Assembly: GCA_002104945.1 (NCBI GenBank)
Contig: MCFH01000046.1
Span: forward strand, 310,001 to 374,000
Reading direction: 5' to 3'
DNA from: Piromyces finnis finn
Lineage: Eukaryota; Fungi; Neocallimastigomycota
Length of the DNA stretch: 64,000 bases
The number at the start of each line of letters is the position of its first letter. Position 1 is the first letter of the stretch. The position numbers were made by a program, and so were the translations under genes. This document shows, in pieces, positions 48,653 through 62,556 of the stretch. Under the pieces are notes generated by a model, which searched no databases, was not told the origin of the DNA, and was given only the letters and a program-made list of their open reading frames with translations.

Positions 48653-50108
48653 ATGTCTTCTGCTTTAGTTATCGGTTCAACTGGTATACATTCTTTTATT
48701 ATTTATTAATACTATTTAAGTTATTAATAAGTAACTTTATTATTATACTATTTATAAATAATAATTAAAACATAATAATTATTAAATTGTTTTATTGTTA
48801 AATAAAATAAAAAAAGGTGCAACTGGTATTCACGTTATTGAAGAATTATTAAAATGCGGTTCATTCGAAAAAGTTACTTCTCTTGCAAGAAGAGAAATTG
48901 ATTATCAAGGTCCAAACAAAGAACGCTTAGTATGTATTTATAGTTTATCAATGAATAAATAAACAATAATAAAAAAAAATATTAATTAGTTTTCATGACA
49001 AATTGAAAATGAACAAAATAATAATAATAAAAATAATATTTAATTTTCTAATATTAAACACAGGTTCAATATATTGTTGATTTTGAAAATATTGAAAACT
49101 ACAAAGATAATTTTAAAGGTCATTCGTAAGTAAATTATCATATAAATTATTTACTACTTTTATTTTTTTAATAATTTTAATTTTTTTTTTTTTTTTTTTT
49201 TTTCTATTATTATTATTCTTTTTTAATGAAATTTCAATTACTATTATTATAGTCATATGTTTTCATGTTTTGGTACTACTAGGTAAATATTAATAAAATA
49301 TTTAGTTAACTATTTTTTTTTATAATTAAAATTAGAATATTAATATTAAGCATGTAAAAAAAAAAAATAAAATAAATAAATATTTAATGAAAGCTAGTTA
49401 CTTCTTTAACATTTATATATACATATTAATAAATTCAATTTATTGGTAATTAAAATATTTAAATCTCAAATAGAAAACAGGCTGGAAGCGCAGAAAATTT
49501 CATTAAAATTGACCATGACTGTAATTAATGTTCTGGTTCATTTTATAAAAATTAATATAATTAGTGTATACTCAAATATTTTATTATATATTTAATTTAA
49601 TCATAAATAATGATAATAACAAAACTTATTATTAAATAAATAAATAGATGTTATCAACGCTACAAAAATTTTCAAAGAACAAAATCCAAATGCTAAGCAT
49701 TTCATTCTTCTTTCTTCTAGTGGTGCTAATTCTGGTTCCCCATTTTTATACATGAAAACTAAAGGTATTATTGAAGATGATATTAAAGAAATGAAATTTC
49801 CAAGACTTTCTATCTTTAAACCAGGTTCATTACTTGGTCGTGGTCATGACAGCAGAATGTTAGAAAATGTTGGATGTTTCTTTGCAAAAGGATTAAATGT
49901 TATTACTTCAGATAGAGCTGGTATTCCAGTTATTATGCTTGCAAAAGCTTTAGTATATGTTACACAAATCACATCCGAAACTAAACCAGAGGAAGATGGT
50001 ACTATTGTTGAAGTTTTTAATAATAAACAAGCATACGAATTAGCTAAGAGAACTGATATTTTTGATTCTAAAAATAATAATGCTGTTAAAGTAGATGAAA
50101 GTAATTAA
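48653..50108 (+). CDS. TIP30/HTATIP2/Fmp52-like NAD(P)-binding SDR, copy 1 (6 exons)
   Basis: MSSALVIGSTGATGIHVIEELL (Rossmann GxxGxxG), VTSLARR, FSCFGTTR..AGSAENFIKIDHD, HFILLSSSGAN..SPFLYMKTKG and SIFKPGSLLGR. Confidence 0.88.
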
Positions 50109-50809
50109 AATATAAATTAAATATAAATATATGTAAAATAATGTTTTTCTAGTAAGCAACTTACAAAAAAAAAAAAAAAAAAAAAAAAAAACTAGTGAAA
50201 AATTAATAGAAAAGAAAACAACTACTTCATTACATATATTTAAGGACAAAATAAAGATAATTTTATAATTGTGTTTTAATAAAAAAAAAAAAAGAATATC
50301 AAAAAAATGCAAAAAAATATTTAAAAGAAAAAAATTATAAGAGAAAATTCGCATCATTAATTTTTATTTCATTTTCTAATGTTTTTATTTTCCTTCTTCA
50401 TTTACTTATATTACATAATTCAAAAATATACGTTAATAAAATATTGGAAGTTTATTATAAATAAAGTAAAAAAAAAAATTGGTTGTTATTTTATTTATGT
50501 TAATTTCAGAAAAGTAATTTTATTATTTATCAGTAAGAATATTTTAGAATATTACTATTTCTATCATTGTTGTTTTTGTTATGGGAGAATCATTACAATT
50601 TCCATTATCTTCTATAATAAAAAAGAATCAAAATAAATTAATAAAATTTTTTAATTTAGTTTTTAATTGTTTAATATAATTTTAATTATAATATTGTCAT
50701 GAATACTTTTTTTTTATTTTATTTTTTATAAATATATTTTTCTTTTTATTTTAGTTAAATAAATATATATATATATATATAGAATAATAATAATAATAAT
50801 AAAAGAAAT

Positions 50810-52077
50810 ATGTCTTCTGCTATTGTAATAGGTTCTACTGGTAAATATGATAAAGATTTTTAAAAGAAAATATTTTATCTATATCAAAAATTTCATATAT
50901 CAATATTGAAAATTATAAATAATCTCTCAATATTAAATAAATAATTAAAAGGTGCCACTGGTATTCATGTTGTCAATGAATTATTAAAATGTGGTCTTTT
51001 CAACAAAGTTACTTCTGTTGCTAGAAAAGAAATTGATTATCAAGGTCCTAACAAAGATCGTTTAGTATGTATTCAATATCAAAATACGTAATGTTAAAAA
51101 AAAAAAAATAAAAATAAAAAATTATTTGTATTTATTTATTCACTTGTATTGTACTAATAAAATAAAAATTATAGGTACAGCAAATTGTTGATTTTGAAAA
51201 AATTGAAGAACATAAGAATGTTTTCAAAGGACACACGTATATATATATTAATATTTAAGATTATCATTCATCAATTAAAAAACTAATAATAATTCTAATA
51301 ATAATTTTAAATAAATTATTTATTATTTTAATGCCTTTATTCAATATATTTTAATAAATTCATTTTAACGAATTGAAGTCATATGTTTTCTTGTCTTGGA
51401 AGTACTAGGTATATACCATTTAAATGAAATATAATAATTTAAAAATATATAAAAATATAATTTTTATAACATATTAACATAAAAAAGAAAATTAGCTGGC
51501 AGTGCTGAAAATTTCTTTAAAATTGACCACGACTGTATTTATCTTATATATTGATATATAATTATATTAAGTTTTTTTGACAAAGTAGTTTATATAAAAT
51601 AACTAATTTTATCATCCTCTAATTTAAAAAGACGTTATTAATTCTGCCAAGATTTTTAAAGAAGAAAATCCTGATTCAAAATTACATTTTATTCTCCTTT
51701 CTGCTGTTGGTTCAAATGCTAATTCTTCATTCTTATATGTTAAAACTAAAGGTCAAATTGAAGATGATATCACAAAAATGAACTTCTCTAGACTTTCCAT
51801 TTTTAGACCAGGACAATTGCTTGACCGTGGTCATGACTCTAGACCTCTTGAAAGCATCTCAAGTTTATTTGCTAAAGGATTAAATGTTATTACTGCTGAT
51901 AGAATTGGTATTCCAGTAAATATGCTCGGTAAGGCTTTAGTTTATATTACACAAATCCCTTCAAAAGAAAAACCAAACGAAGAAGGAAACATTGTAGAAT
52001 TCTTTGATAATAAAGTATCTTATGAATTAGCTAAAAGAACAGATATTCCAGGTTTTGAAAATGTCGAAGGTAAATAA
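50810..52077 (+). CDS. TIP30/HTATIP2/Fmp52-like NAD(P)-binding SDR, copy 2 (6 exons)
   Basis: MSSAIVIGSTGATGIHVVNELL, FSCLGSTR..AGSAENFFKIDHD, LSAVGSNANSSFLYVKTKG and SIFRPGQLLDR. It has the same five intron positions as copy 1. Confidence 0.88.
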
Positions 52078-52592
52078 TAAAATAAAACAAATGATAAATT
52101 ACAAATCTTATCTTTTTTGGAAAAAATATCAAAAAGAATAAAACAATATACAAATAATTTTATTCTTTATAGTCTTTACAATATATATCACACTATTGTA
52201 ATTATTAAATCAAATATAGATAAAGTAAAATAATAATAAAAAAGAAAAAAGTCTTTTAAATTTAATATATAAAAAATATAATAAAAAAAATACAAAAAAG
52301 TTTCGATGAATTAATTTATCAGCTTCTACTTCAATAAAAATTAAAGTTTGGTAAAGATAATAATTAAAAATTAATTTATCTCAAATTTAAAATTTATTTA
52401 TTTTTTCATGTATTTATTTATTTATTTATTTACTTTCTTATAATTATAATTTCTTATATATGTCAAAAAGGTTATTTTTATTCATAATTTTTATTTAAAT
52501 TCATTGTTTCATTTTATAATTTTGCAAAAAAAAATAAAAATATTTTATAATTTTATCAAAAATGTAATAATATAGTTAATTCAATAATAAAT

Positions 52593-52732
52593 GAATATGA
52601 TTGGATAAATTTCTTTAATTCTATTAAAAAGTATTATTATATTAACCAATCATGTTTCAGAGAAAATTTTGTTTTTGTAATGTCACAAATCTTGATCCAT
52701 TTTGTTCATTCTTTTTTAAATTATTCACACGT
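52593..52732 (+). ncRNA. Candidate box H/ACA snoRNA upstream of the RPL31 coding region
   Basis: Hairpin TATGATTGG/CCAATCATG, then AGAGAA (ANANNA) at 52659-52664, then a second hairpin with an internal loop, then ACA at 52727-52729. Total length is 140 nt. No guide target was identified. Confidence 0.35.
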
Positions 52733-52999
52733 CTTTTATTTTTATATATTAACGAAGTGAAATTAATTGAGGTAATGATTGATGAATTTGTTTATGAATG
52801 TTTTGTTATTAAATGAATTTTAATGTATTAAATGATGAATAAAGTATATATTTATTAAATATAAGTGATGGATGAGTTGAAATAAAAAGCATTACTTAAT
52901 CCGTCTTTATATTAGTAAATTGATATGGTTTAATGAATGTATGAATTATAATATACATGAATGTAAAATTAATATGTAAATGTAATTTATGTATAATAG

Positions 53000-53525
53000 A
53001 TGGCCACTACTAAAACTATTGATGCTGTGGTTACCCGTGAATACACCATCCACCTCCACAAGCTTGTTCACGGAAAGTAAGTTTAAAATAAATAATGCTT
53101 TTTATATTAAATGTGTAATTCATGTATTAATATTTTCTTTAAATTTTAAAGGTCCTTCAAGAAGCGTGCTCCACAAGCCATGAAGGCCATCCGTAAGTTT
53201 GCTGCTGAAGCCATGAAGACCGCTGATGTTCGTCTTGACCCACAACTTAACAAGGAAATCTGGACTCGTGGTATTAAGACCGTTCCACACCGTGTTCGTG
53301 TCAGATTATCTCGTCGTCGTAACGATGATGAAGAAGCTAAGGAAAAGCTCTACACCTACGTTAGCTACGTCCCAGTTGCTTCCTTCAAGGGTAAATATTT
53401 ATTTTATTGTTAAGTTAGCAAAATAAAGAAATAGAAGTTCTAATTAAAATTTTTATACAATATAATTATATATAATTTAATAATATAAAGGTCTCCAAAC
53501 CCAAACTGTTGAAGAAGAAGCTTAA
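53000..53525 (+). CDS. RPL31: 60S ribosomal protein L31 (eL31), 3 coding exons, 116 aa
   Basis: Exons 53000-53076, 53152-53390 and 53491-53525 give [66 protein letters not shown]. Confidence 0.98.
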
Positions 53526-54597
53526 ATTTCCTAATGTAATTTAAAGCAAATTTACAGAAATAAAAATTAAAAAATCAAAAAAAAATAGAATAAATTAAAA
53601 TTTATTGATATATTAATGGAATAAGTGTTAAGAAGTAGAGTACATAATGGAATTATAATTAACAAAATTTTAATTGGAATAGAAAAATGGGATTTTGAAT
53701 TCGGAAAGTGGGATATATAAAATAATGGAATAATTATAAGAGTATTAAAGAAGTAAATATATTTAACACTTTATGAAATATAGTTTTTAAAATTTATTTT
53801 GGAATAGTTTAAAGCAATAAATTTAAAGTGAAATGACGGAAGGGTATTTGTATGATGTGTGTATGTATCTTTAGAAATTATAATTTAAGATTAAATTGTT
53901 TAATTTTAAAATAATAATTATTAAAAGTTAATTTTAAAATTAGTTTTGGGCAATACTATAAGACTTGATTAAAAAATGAAAAAAATGATAGTTCTAATTT
54001 GTAAATTAAAATTCAAAATTTTTTATTTTTTATGTAAAGCTAAAATAAATGGTTGAGTAAAATTGAAAGTTCAAGATGATAGTTATGCCTATTTAATAAA
54101 AGCTATTATTTGTAAAGTTTATAAAAAAAAAAATCAATTTGAGTAAACTAGATTTAGTCGTTATAATCATTGTTATTTAAATTTAAATATAAATTCTAAA
54201 TCAAATTGAAATTTTAAATTTGTTCAATTTCTTAATATTCAAAATAAATACTGTTTGGTTTAAAGTATTTATAAATTAAGTTATTGTCAGTGTTTAGTTG
54301 TTTTCTAAATGAGATTTAACAATACTATTTTATTTAAAAAATAAACAAATAAGCAAATTTGGAATTAAAAAGAAAATATATAAATTAAATAATTTTTACT
54401 TTTTTTTAATATCGATGAACAAAAAAAAGGATATAAAAATATATTGTAAACTAAATCTATTTTAAAATATTATAGATAGAAAATAATATATATATATATT
54501 ACTTTTACCTTTTATATTTATTTTAAAAATAACAGGATATTGATAAATAAAATATATTTTAGTTTAATTGCTTTGATTATTTATAAAGTTTTGTATT

Positions 54598-54671
54598 TAT
54601 TTTATTTTATTTTATTTTATTTTATTTTATTTTATTTTATTTTATTTTATTTTATTTTATTTTATTTTATT
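54598..54671. repeat. (TTTTA)n microsatellite
   Basis: About 14 pentamer units. Confidence 0.9.
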
Positions 54672-54950
54672 AAAAATGGTCATTACTTTACTATCATTAG
54701 TATTTATTATCAACAGTATATAAATAGGAATTATCTTTATAAATAATGGAAATGAGTTGCTTTATTATTTCTAATTTTATCATAATTAATATATATTTCG
54801 ATGAAATAAAAAATAAAAAATAAAAAAAAAAGAGACTAAAAAATAATTAAATAATATACATTATCATGAATACTAATATATATTTTTTATTAAATAGTAA
54901 TTATCATTGTATGGGTAAATAGAATTTTTTAAAAAATATTTTATTATTTA

Positions 54951-57212
54951 TTAGTTTTGACTTATTAATTTTGTCATTTTTTGAATTTCTTCTGGAGTGA
55001 AATGAAGAATAGTTGATAAAACATTTAATAATTGAATCTATTTTAAATTGTTTATTAAATCAATAGATATTAATTTTGAATAATTATATATATAAGTTAG
55101 TATTAAATATAAAAAAAGTTGGTATTTATAATATTATTTCAATATTATTTATTATTTATATTTTATTATTTACCTTTTTATCTTTGAATTCAAAAAATTT
55201 AAATAAAACAGCCTTTAAGTATTCCACATTTATATCATCCATTGTATAAACATCGGATGACGATGATTTATTGGAATGAAGTTGGAGTACAGCAGGTGAT
55301 AAGGCTTCAGATTGAGATTTAATTAGTAAGTTTGGATTAGAATGAAGGGTTTGTTGACGATTAACTGTATATGGGCTTTTAACCGGTGAATTACTACCAC
55401 TTTCATTTGCCATTGAATTATGTGGTGATTTCTGTAACTTTTTAAGTTCATCCTTTAATGTCTTTTAGAAAATATATATACATATATAATTAAAAAATTA
55501 GTTAATAAATTGATAATTTAAATAATTTAAATCTATAATTTATATAACAATAAGGGGAAATTGCCAAATAAATAAAAATATACATATATTATCTTTAATA
55601 ATACTATTATTAAAAAAAAAAAAAAAAAAAAAAAAGAATAGTGAATACCTTATTGACAGCCTTTAAATGTTGTTCTCTAATCTTATAGTCTTCAATTTCT
55701 TTCTTTTTATCTTCGTCTACTGAACTTAATTTTTTTTTATATTCCTTAAGTTCATCTTTTAACAATTTTGATAATTTCTAATAATTTATAAAATAATAAT
55801 TTTCATAATTATTAATACGATGCTTAATATCTCGATTCTTATAATTTCAGAATATATATATATAAATATAAGCTTAAAAAAATTCATTGTAATAGTTCCA
55901 CTCAACATTATATATTACTTACACTTTCTTCATTCATTTGAAGTTTAATTTTCATTTCAGATTCTTTAATTTCATCAACAGTATCTTCCAATTTTTTAAT
56001 GATACTTTTAGATGAAGATATTTCCTTTTCCTTATTACTAACAATATTTTCTAATTCTTGAATTTTGGATGAAAGCTCTTGTTGAACAGAGTTATTTTGA
56101 AGATTTTCTTTTAGTTTCTTTTGTAAATCTGCTTTAAGATCAACTAATTCATTGGATAATACCTGTTTTTCTTCGTCTTCTTGTTGTTTTTTGGATTCCA
56201 ATAGTGAAAGTGTAGATTGAATTTCAGATATTTTAAACTTTAATTTATCATTTTCATCACTCTTAACTTGGAAAAGATGTTTAGAAATATCTAATTCTTG
56301 TTCCAGTGTATTATTATGACTTTGAAATTGAGTTATAGATTCAACCAGACTTTTAACATAATTTTCCTTTTCTTGAAGAGATTTTTGACATTCTATTAAA
56401 GATTTATTAGTAAATTCAAATTTACTTTTATAATTTTCTAATTCCTCTGTTTTATCTATTATATTTTTATTGAGAGACTGTATAAGATTCTCACTTGTTT
56501 CATCTTGTAATCTAGTATTAAGTTCTTTAATAGTTTTATCTTTAACATCAAGTTGTTTCTGTAATTCCTCCTTTTCACTTAACAATTCATTTATTGATTT
56601 ATCTTTTGTTTCTAAAACATATAAAATCTTATCTTTATCACCTATTTTTTCATTGATTTGTTTTTTTAAATCTTCATTAACCTTTTTTTGTTTTTCAATT
56701 TCTGCTAAACCATCCTTTTTTTCTTTTTCAAGTTTTATAATTTTATTTCTTGCACCACGAAGTAAATTAATGCTTCTATCTCTTTTAGATTCTTCATCTG
56801 CTATACGTTTTTTCAATTTCGAATTTTCCAATGATATATCTTCAAATACATCAGTTTTTTGATGTAATTCTGCTTTTGTTAATGCTAATTTTTCTTCAAC
56901 ACCTTCTTTTTCCTTTTTTATTTTATCGATTTGTTCCATTAAATTTTTTTTTTCTTCATTTATTAATCTTTCTTTTTCTTCTTTTAAAGTTTTTATTTGT
57001 TCAAGTAATGAATTTTTTTCTTCAAGAGTAAATACTGATGTATCAGTATTTTCATTATTCATATTTATTTTTGATTCTTCATTAATTTTATTATCATTAT
57101 CGATATTTGTATTTTCTGTTGTTGAAATTTCTTTAACATTATTGACTTCTTCTAAGTCATTGGTAGATTTGTTTTCATTAGTTTTAATTTCTTCTGTATT
57201 TGTATTTTCCAT
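54951..57212 (-). CDS. GRIP-domain coiled-coil golgin (Imh1/golgin-97-like), multi-exon
   Basis: Long E/K-rich heptad coiled coil (ORF 55908-57212). The final exons give INVEYLKAVLFKFFEFKDKKIQLLNVLSTILHFTPEEI, which matches the GRIP consensus. Confidence 0.88.
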
Positions 57213-58207
57213 TTCTTATTTTTATTTTTATTTATTTATATTATTAATGTTTATTGTTGTTGATGTTAATTTATCTGTTTGTTTATTTGTTTGTTTGTTT
57301 ATTTATTTTATTTTTATGGTTATTTAAAAATTTACACACCTTTTTTTATTTTAATGAATTATAAAGTAACTTTATTAAATTTCCAATTTCCTAATAATCT
57401 ATTTATTCTAATTTTTTTCAGATTAAATTTAATATTAAATATGATAAAATAAATTGTTGAAATCTGAATAATAAGAAAAATGAGGGAGGGGAAAATAAAA
57501 CTTTAATTGAAAATTAATAATATATAAAATGTTAAATTATGATTATTTTATTTTTAAATTGAATTAATTTCTATTTTTTCGAAAAAATTTTATCCATTTA
57601 CCAATTTATTGTTTTGTTTACTTTTTGTAAACAAAAATTGTATATATGTATATATATATAATTATATTATTAATATTTTTCGTCTAATAATAATAATAAT
57701 AATATAATGTAAATTTAAATAATTTAAAAAGATAGAGTTGTGTTGTTTAAAAAAATAAAAATAAAAATATTAAAATCACCAATTTTTGTTTATTAAAAAT
57801 TTAATAAATACTAAATAAATAGGATTTAACAAGTTCTATTATTCTATATATAATTTATAATAGATTAAAATATATATTAAGTTTAACTACGGGAGGTGGT
57901 AGTACGCTATAATATAAATTATTTAATATTATTTATTTCTGAATAATGAAATTTTATGTAAATATTAGATAAACTACACAAAGATATCTATATTAAAATT
58001 AGTGCTCGTAATGAAGCTTTTAAAATAATTTTTAAAAGTTATTATTTTGTTATTTTGAATAATAATTATAGATTTATTTAATGTTATATAAATATAATAA
58101 TAGAAATTTATTCATATAATAATATATTTAAACTCTACACTAATAATAAATCCTAAATATTAATATAATAATAGTAATATAAGTTGTTGTTGTTATTATT
58201 TTGCTTT

Positions 58208-58240
<33 letters not shown>

Positions 58241-58700
58241 TTTATTTAATAATATTGAATTGGTTTTGTTTTTTCTTTATGTTTTCCTACCTAAATTTAC
58301 CTAAAGTTATGTAATATATCTATATATATTATTTATAATATGTACAAAAAAATATTAAAATAATGAATAATAAAATAATAAAAATAATATATTATAATAT
58401 ATATTATAATAATTATAATAGTATATTAATTGTTAATTGGAGATTATTCGTTTTAAATGATTAAAAGAAATTTCGTTCATTTTAATATTATTTTTTTCCA
58501 TAAACTATTTTTATAATCACAACGTTAAGACGCACACACAATATGTCAAATCCAAAAAAAAAACAACTTTGTTAGAACCAAAATTTTATAATTGAAAAAA
58601 AATTTTTTAATGATTTTATTGTTTTTTATATACATAGGTTAAAAAAAAAAAAAAAAAAACTTTATAGTAAGAATAGAAAACTCTGTATTTAGTTATTTAG

Positions 58701-58751
<51 letters not shown>

Positions 58752-59321
58752 TGTGTTTCAAATATATAGAATACTTAATAGAGTTTTATTGTTGATGTGA
58801 TATAAAAATAGGTATTTCATACAAACATAGTTTATATTCATCTATACATTTTTAAATAAACCATCGATTTATAAATAGTTTATATAAAATTTTCAATTTT
58901 ATTTCAAAAAATAATAAAATAATGTCATCCCATCCACTATAAAACTTCATCTAATAAAAAACTAAAATATTATTAATTACACAACAACAACAACAACAAC
59001 AACACCTTTAAATAACGCTTAATTATGATTAAATATTTTTATATAATTTTTATTATTTTGGCAATGCGTTTAAGGTATGGATTTTTATAAAAAAAAAATA
59101 AAGGTATAAAGATAATTATGGATTAATAAATAATTTTATAATATAAATATAAATTAAACAATTTCTAATAATTTAAATAGAAAATTTTAAAAGTTTTTTT
59201 TTTTTTTTTTAAATATTACATATTTTTGTAAGTGATATTAAATAAAGTAAAAATATAAAGTTAATAAACCCCAAAATCAAACAATTTCACAAACTAAACC
59301 TTTTTTTTTTAATTTATATAG

Positions 59322-60200
59322 TTAAAATCTATATTTTCTCATAAGTCTACCAAAACTACCAATTGGTTTTTCTGGTATATATGGTATTTTACCAATGTAA
59401 TCGTTAGGTAAGACTTCAGAATTTAATATGTTTCTTATTCTTTCATCTTCATTAAGATCATTATCAAATGGGCATATATCATCAATATCATCAATAACTA
59501 TTGGAGAATTTCTAATAAATATCTCTTCCTCCTCTTCTGTAGATACTTCGTTTTCACTTAATACTTCATTCTTTTCTAATGCTGTAAAAGATTCATAAAA
59601 GCATTCATCATCTTTTTGACTAGTTGGTGTAAGATAACCTGAATTATTTAATACAGTTTCTTGAGTAAATGAAGTGCTAAATTTATTTTTCTCCTCATTA
59701 GCATTTTCATTTTGTTCTTTAATCGAGTTACCACCATCAATATCACTAATAAAAGTGGACCAATTAGAAAGAAAGTTACTGACACATACCTTTACCTTTT
59801 CATTTTCAAATAAAGTTCCATATTGAAAATCAAAAGAATCATTCTCTTCTTTTTTATCCGTTGGATATGTTTCTGAAATTTTATAATAGCTAGATTCACT
59901 CATTAAAGATTCACTTCTTCTTAATCCTCTTTCTATATTATTTTGAGTTTTAGGAATTACATCTTCTTCACATTGAGAAAAAGAATAAGCATTACGTTTT
60001 AATTGACTGAAATTTTCTTCTGTTTTTCCAACAAAATCATTATCAGACTTATACATTTCAAAAAGCATATGTTTATTTCTTTTTTTAATTTTGTTGATTT
60101 TCAATGCTTTTTTTATTGCTTTCTTATCATTACTTTTTATATTAATATAATTAAAAGATAAAGGGTATTTTTTATTTACTGGACTTTGAATAGAAACCAT
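59322..60200 (-). CDS. Hypothetical protein, 292 aa, intronless
   Basis: Open 879-nt frame with coding-like composition in very AT-rich surroundings. It has a basic N-terminus and an acidic middle. No family recognised. Confidence 0.65.
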   Translation of the reverse strand: MVSIQSPVNKKYPLSFNYINIKSNDKKAIKKALKINKIKKRNKHMLFEMYKSDNDFVGKTEENFSQLKRNAYSFSQCEEDVIPKTQNNIERGLRRSESLMSESSYYKISETYPTDKKEENDSFDFQYGTLFENEKVKVCVSNFLSNWSTFISDIDGGNSIKEQNENANEEKNKFSTSFTQETVLNNSGYLTPTSQKDDECFYESFTALEKNEVLSENEVSTEEEEEIFIRNSPIVIDDIDDICPFDNDLNEDERIRNILNSEVLPNDYIGKIPYIPEKPIGSFGRLMRKYRF

Positions 60201-62556
60201 CTTGTATAATATATTATTTAATTTTATAACTTTTATTCAAAATTAAATTTTATAATTTCTTCTTGTTTTTCTAAATATTACTTTAATAAAAAAAATTGGT
60301 ATAAAAATATACCGTTTGTACTTGATTTTTAATATTTTAAATAGTATTTTAATATTACAAATAAAAATTAAACGAACATAAAAAGTATTTAATATTAATA
60401 TACTGAAATATATCACTATTAAATATTATCGTTTTCTTTTTTTTCTTTAATTCTCAAAAGGTTTTCCTAGTTTTTTTTTTCTTTGGTAGAAACAATTAAT
60501 CCTTTATTTATTTAAATGAGTCTCAGTCAGGAAGGATTTTTCTAAAACTTCATATTTTTTAATTTTCTTCTTATATTTTATTTTAAAATATATTTACGCT
60601 TTGTATCGAATAATAAATTAACTATATTAATTATCATTTTCAACAAGCAAATATATTCCTTAAAAAATTATTTTTTAATAAATATAAAAATTATATTATA
60701 TTAAAAAATTTTAATATTAAATTTTTTTAAATAAATTCTATCCGATTTTTTAAGCTAATTATTATTTCTAACTTTATATTTTATGGATATAAAATATTTT
60801 TATATTGCGCTATATTTAATATAAAATATAATTTAATATAAAATAATTTAAAATTTTATATGCATACAATATAATATAAAATTTAATTTAAAACAAATAA
60901 TTTAATGTGTATTTGTAATGCAATGTAATAATAAATATTATTTGTTAATTATTTGTACGTATTTTAACGTTTTAAAAGTTAAACTCTAATTTTTAATCTA
61001 TTTTTAATTAAATTTTGAAGTTTATATCTGTAATTTAACAATTTTAATAATTTTTACTTCTTTTACCAACCAACAAAATTTTATTACAAAATTTTTTTGG
61101 ACAAAAAAAAAACAAAGGAAATTTTAGTCGTATTTATACTCATTTGAAAAATGAAAATTTTTTCATTTTTTTAAAAAATACATATATTTTTTAAAAATTT
61201 TAATAACTTTGTTAATTTTATTTTTTCAATATAAATTGGTTATTTTATAATATATAATAATATATTATAATATATTGTTGATATAATCAGTATATTTATA
61301 CTAAAGTTAATTTATAATTATTTAGATATTTTAATATACAATAATATATTAGTCTTTAATCATGTTGTACTCTATATATATTTTATTATTAATGGATTCT
61401 AAATTTAAATTATTATTGGTTAGTCCTTATTATTATTTATATAGTAATTAGAAAAAGTGAATCTACTATATAATAATATATAGTACATTTTAAAAACTCT
61501 AAACTATATAATATATTATATTTATATTTAATATATTTTTTTATATTTAAAAAGAAAAAAAGAATATATAATTAATAAATGTGACTGATATATTAAATTA
61601 TACTGACTTTTAACTTTATGATTTATATCAAAATAAAATTTATATCTCAAAAATAATTAATTACACCTATGATTATACTATATATATTGATTATATAATT
61701 AATTTATTTCACAGTAATAATCAAAGTAATTAAAAAAGAAATTTATTCCTAACATATGATTATATTAATAAAAAAAACTTATACTATATTCATTAATGTA
61801 TTGTATTGTATTGGATATAATGTAATAACTGTCTACTTCCACAAAACTAGAATAATGAAATTGAAAAATCTCAAAAGATAACTTTTTTATTTAAAAATAA
61901 ACGATGAATTAATATATTAAAATATATTGATATATATTAAGATTATAAAATTAAGCATATGAACTTTTTATTACTTACTATATACTATCATTTAAAATTC
62001 AAAATGGATAACACATTTTTTAATATAAATTTATATTAAAAACGCTTTTGCTTCATCTATTCTTTAATCTATTTCAACGTAGTAAAATATAAATAAATAA
62101 ACAATTCTGTAATAATTGAATTCTATTTTTGTGCCATTTAAAAATTAGGTATAAAATAGTTAAAGCATTCTATATAATGCATATAGCCTTAAAATAACTT
62201 TACTTGCTGGTGATAAACTTTAAAAGGATCATCTTAGTATCATAAGCTTTTTATTAATATATTTACTAAAAAAATAAAAGGTTTCTATTATATTGGGTGA
62301 AAAAGTTATAGAATATTTGAATAGATATTAATATATAATGTATACATTTAATGTAAATTAAAAAATGTACAAAAATTCATTTCATTATTTAGGATTAAAT
62401 TTCAATTTAATATTAATTATCCTTTTTTTTTGAAGCTCCCTTTTTTGATTAATTTTAATTAAAACGTTTTTGTAGGTAAGTTAAAAATTTCTAAATATGT
62501 ATTTAAATATATTATTCTAAATTAAATTGAAAATAAAATAGCATGGACTAATATAT

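Noticed and set aside
52460-52470. ATGTCAAAAAG as first coding exon of RPL31
   Set aside because: Splicing it to the acceptor at 52999 gives the wrong frame. The ATG at 53000 yields a complete eL31.
53610-53810. Repeated TGGAAT(A) hexamers downstream of RPL31
   Set aside because: Irregular spacing and mostly mismatched to the TEA/AbaA CATTCY consensus; plausible by chance in purine-skewed DNA.
57886-57907. ACTACGGGAGGTGGTAGT, resembling the 16S rRNA 341F site and forming a 5-bp hairpin
   Set aside because: The match is about 10 nt with no rRNA context, and there is no CTRR end to support a Helitron terminus.
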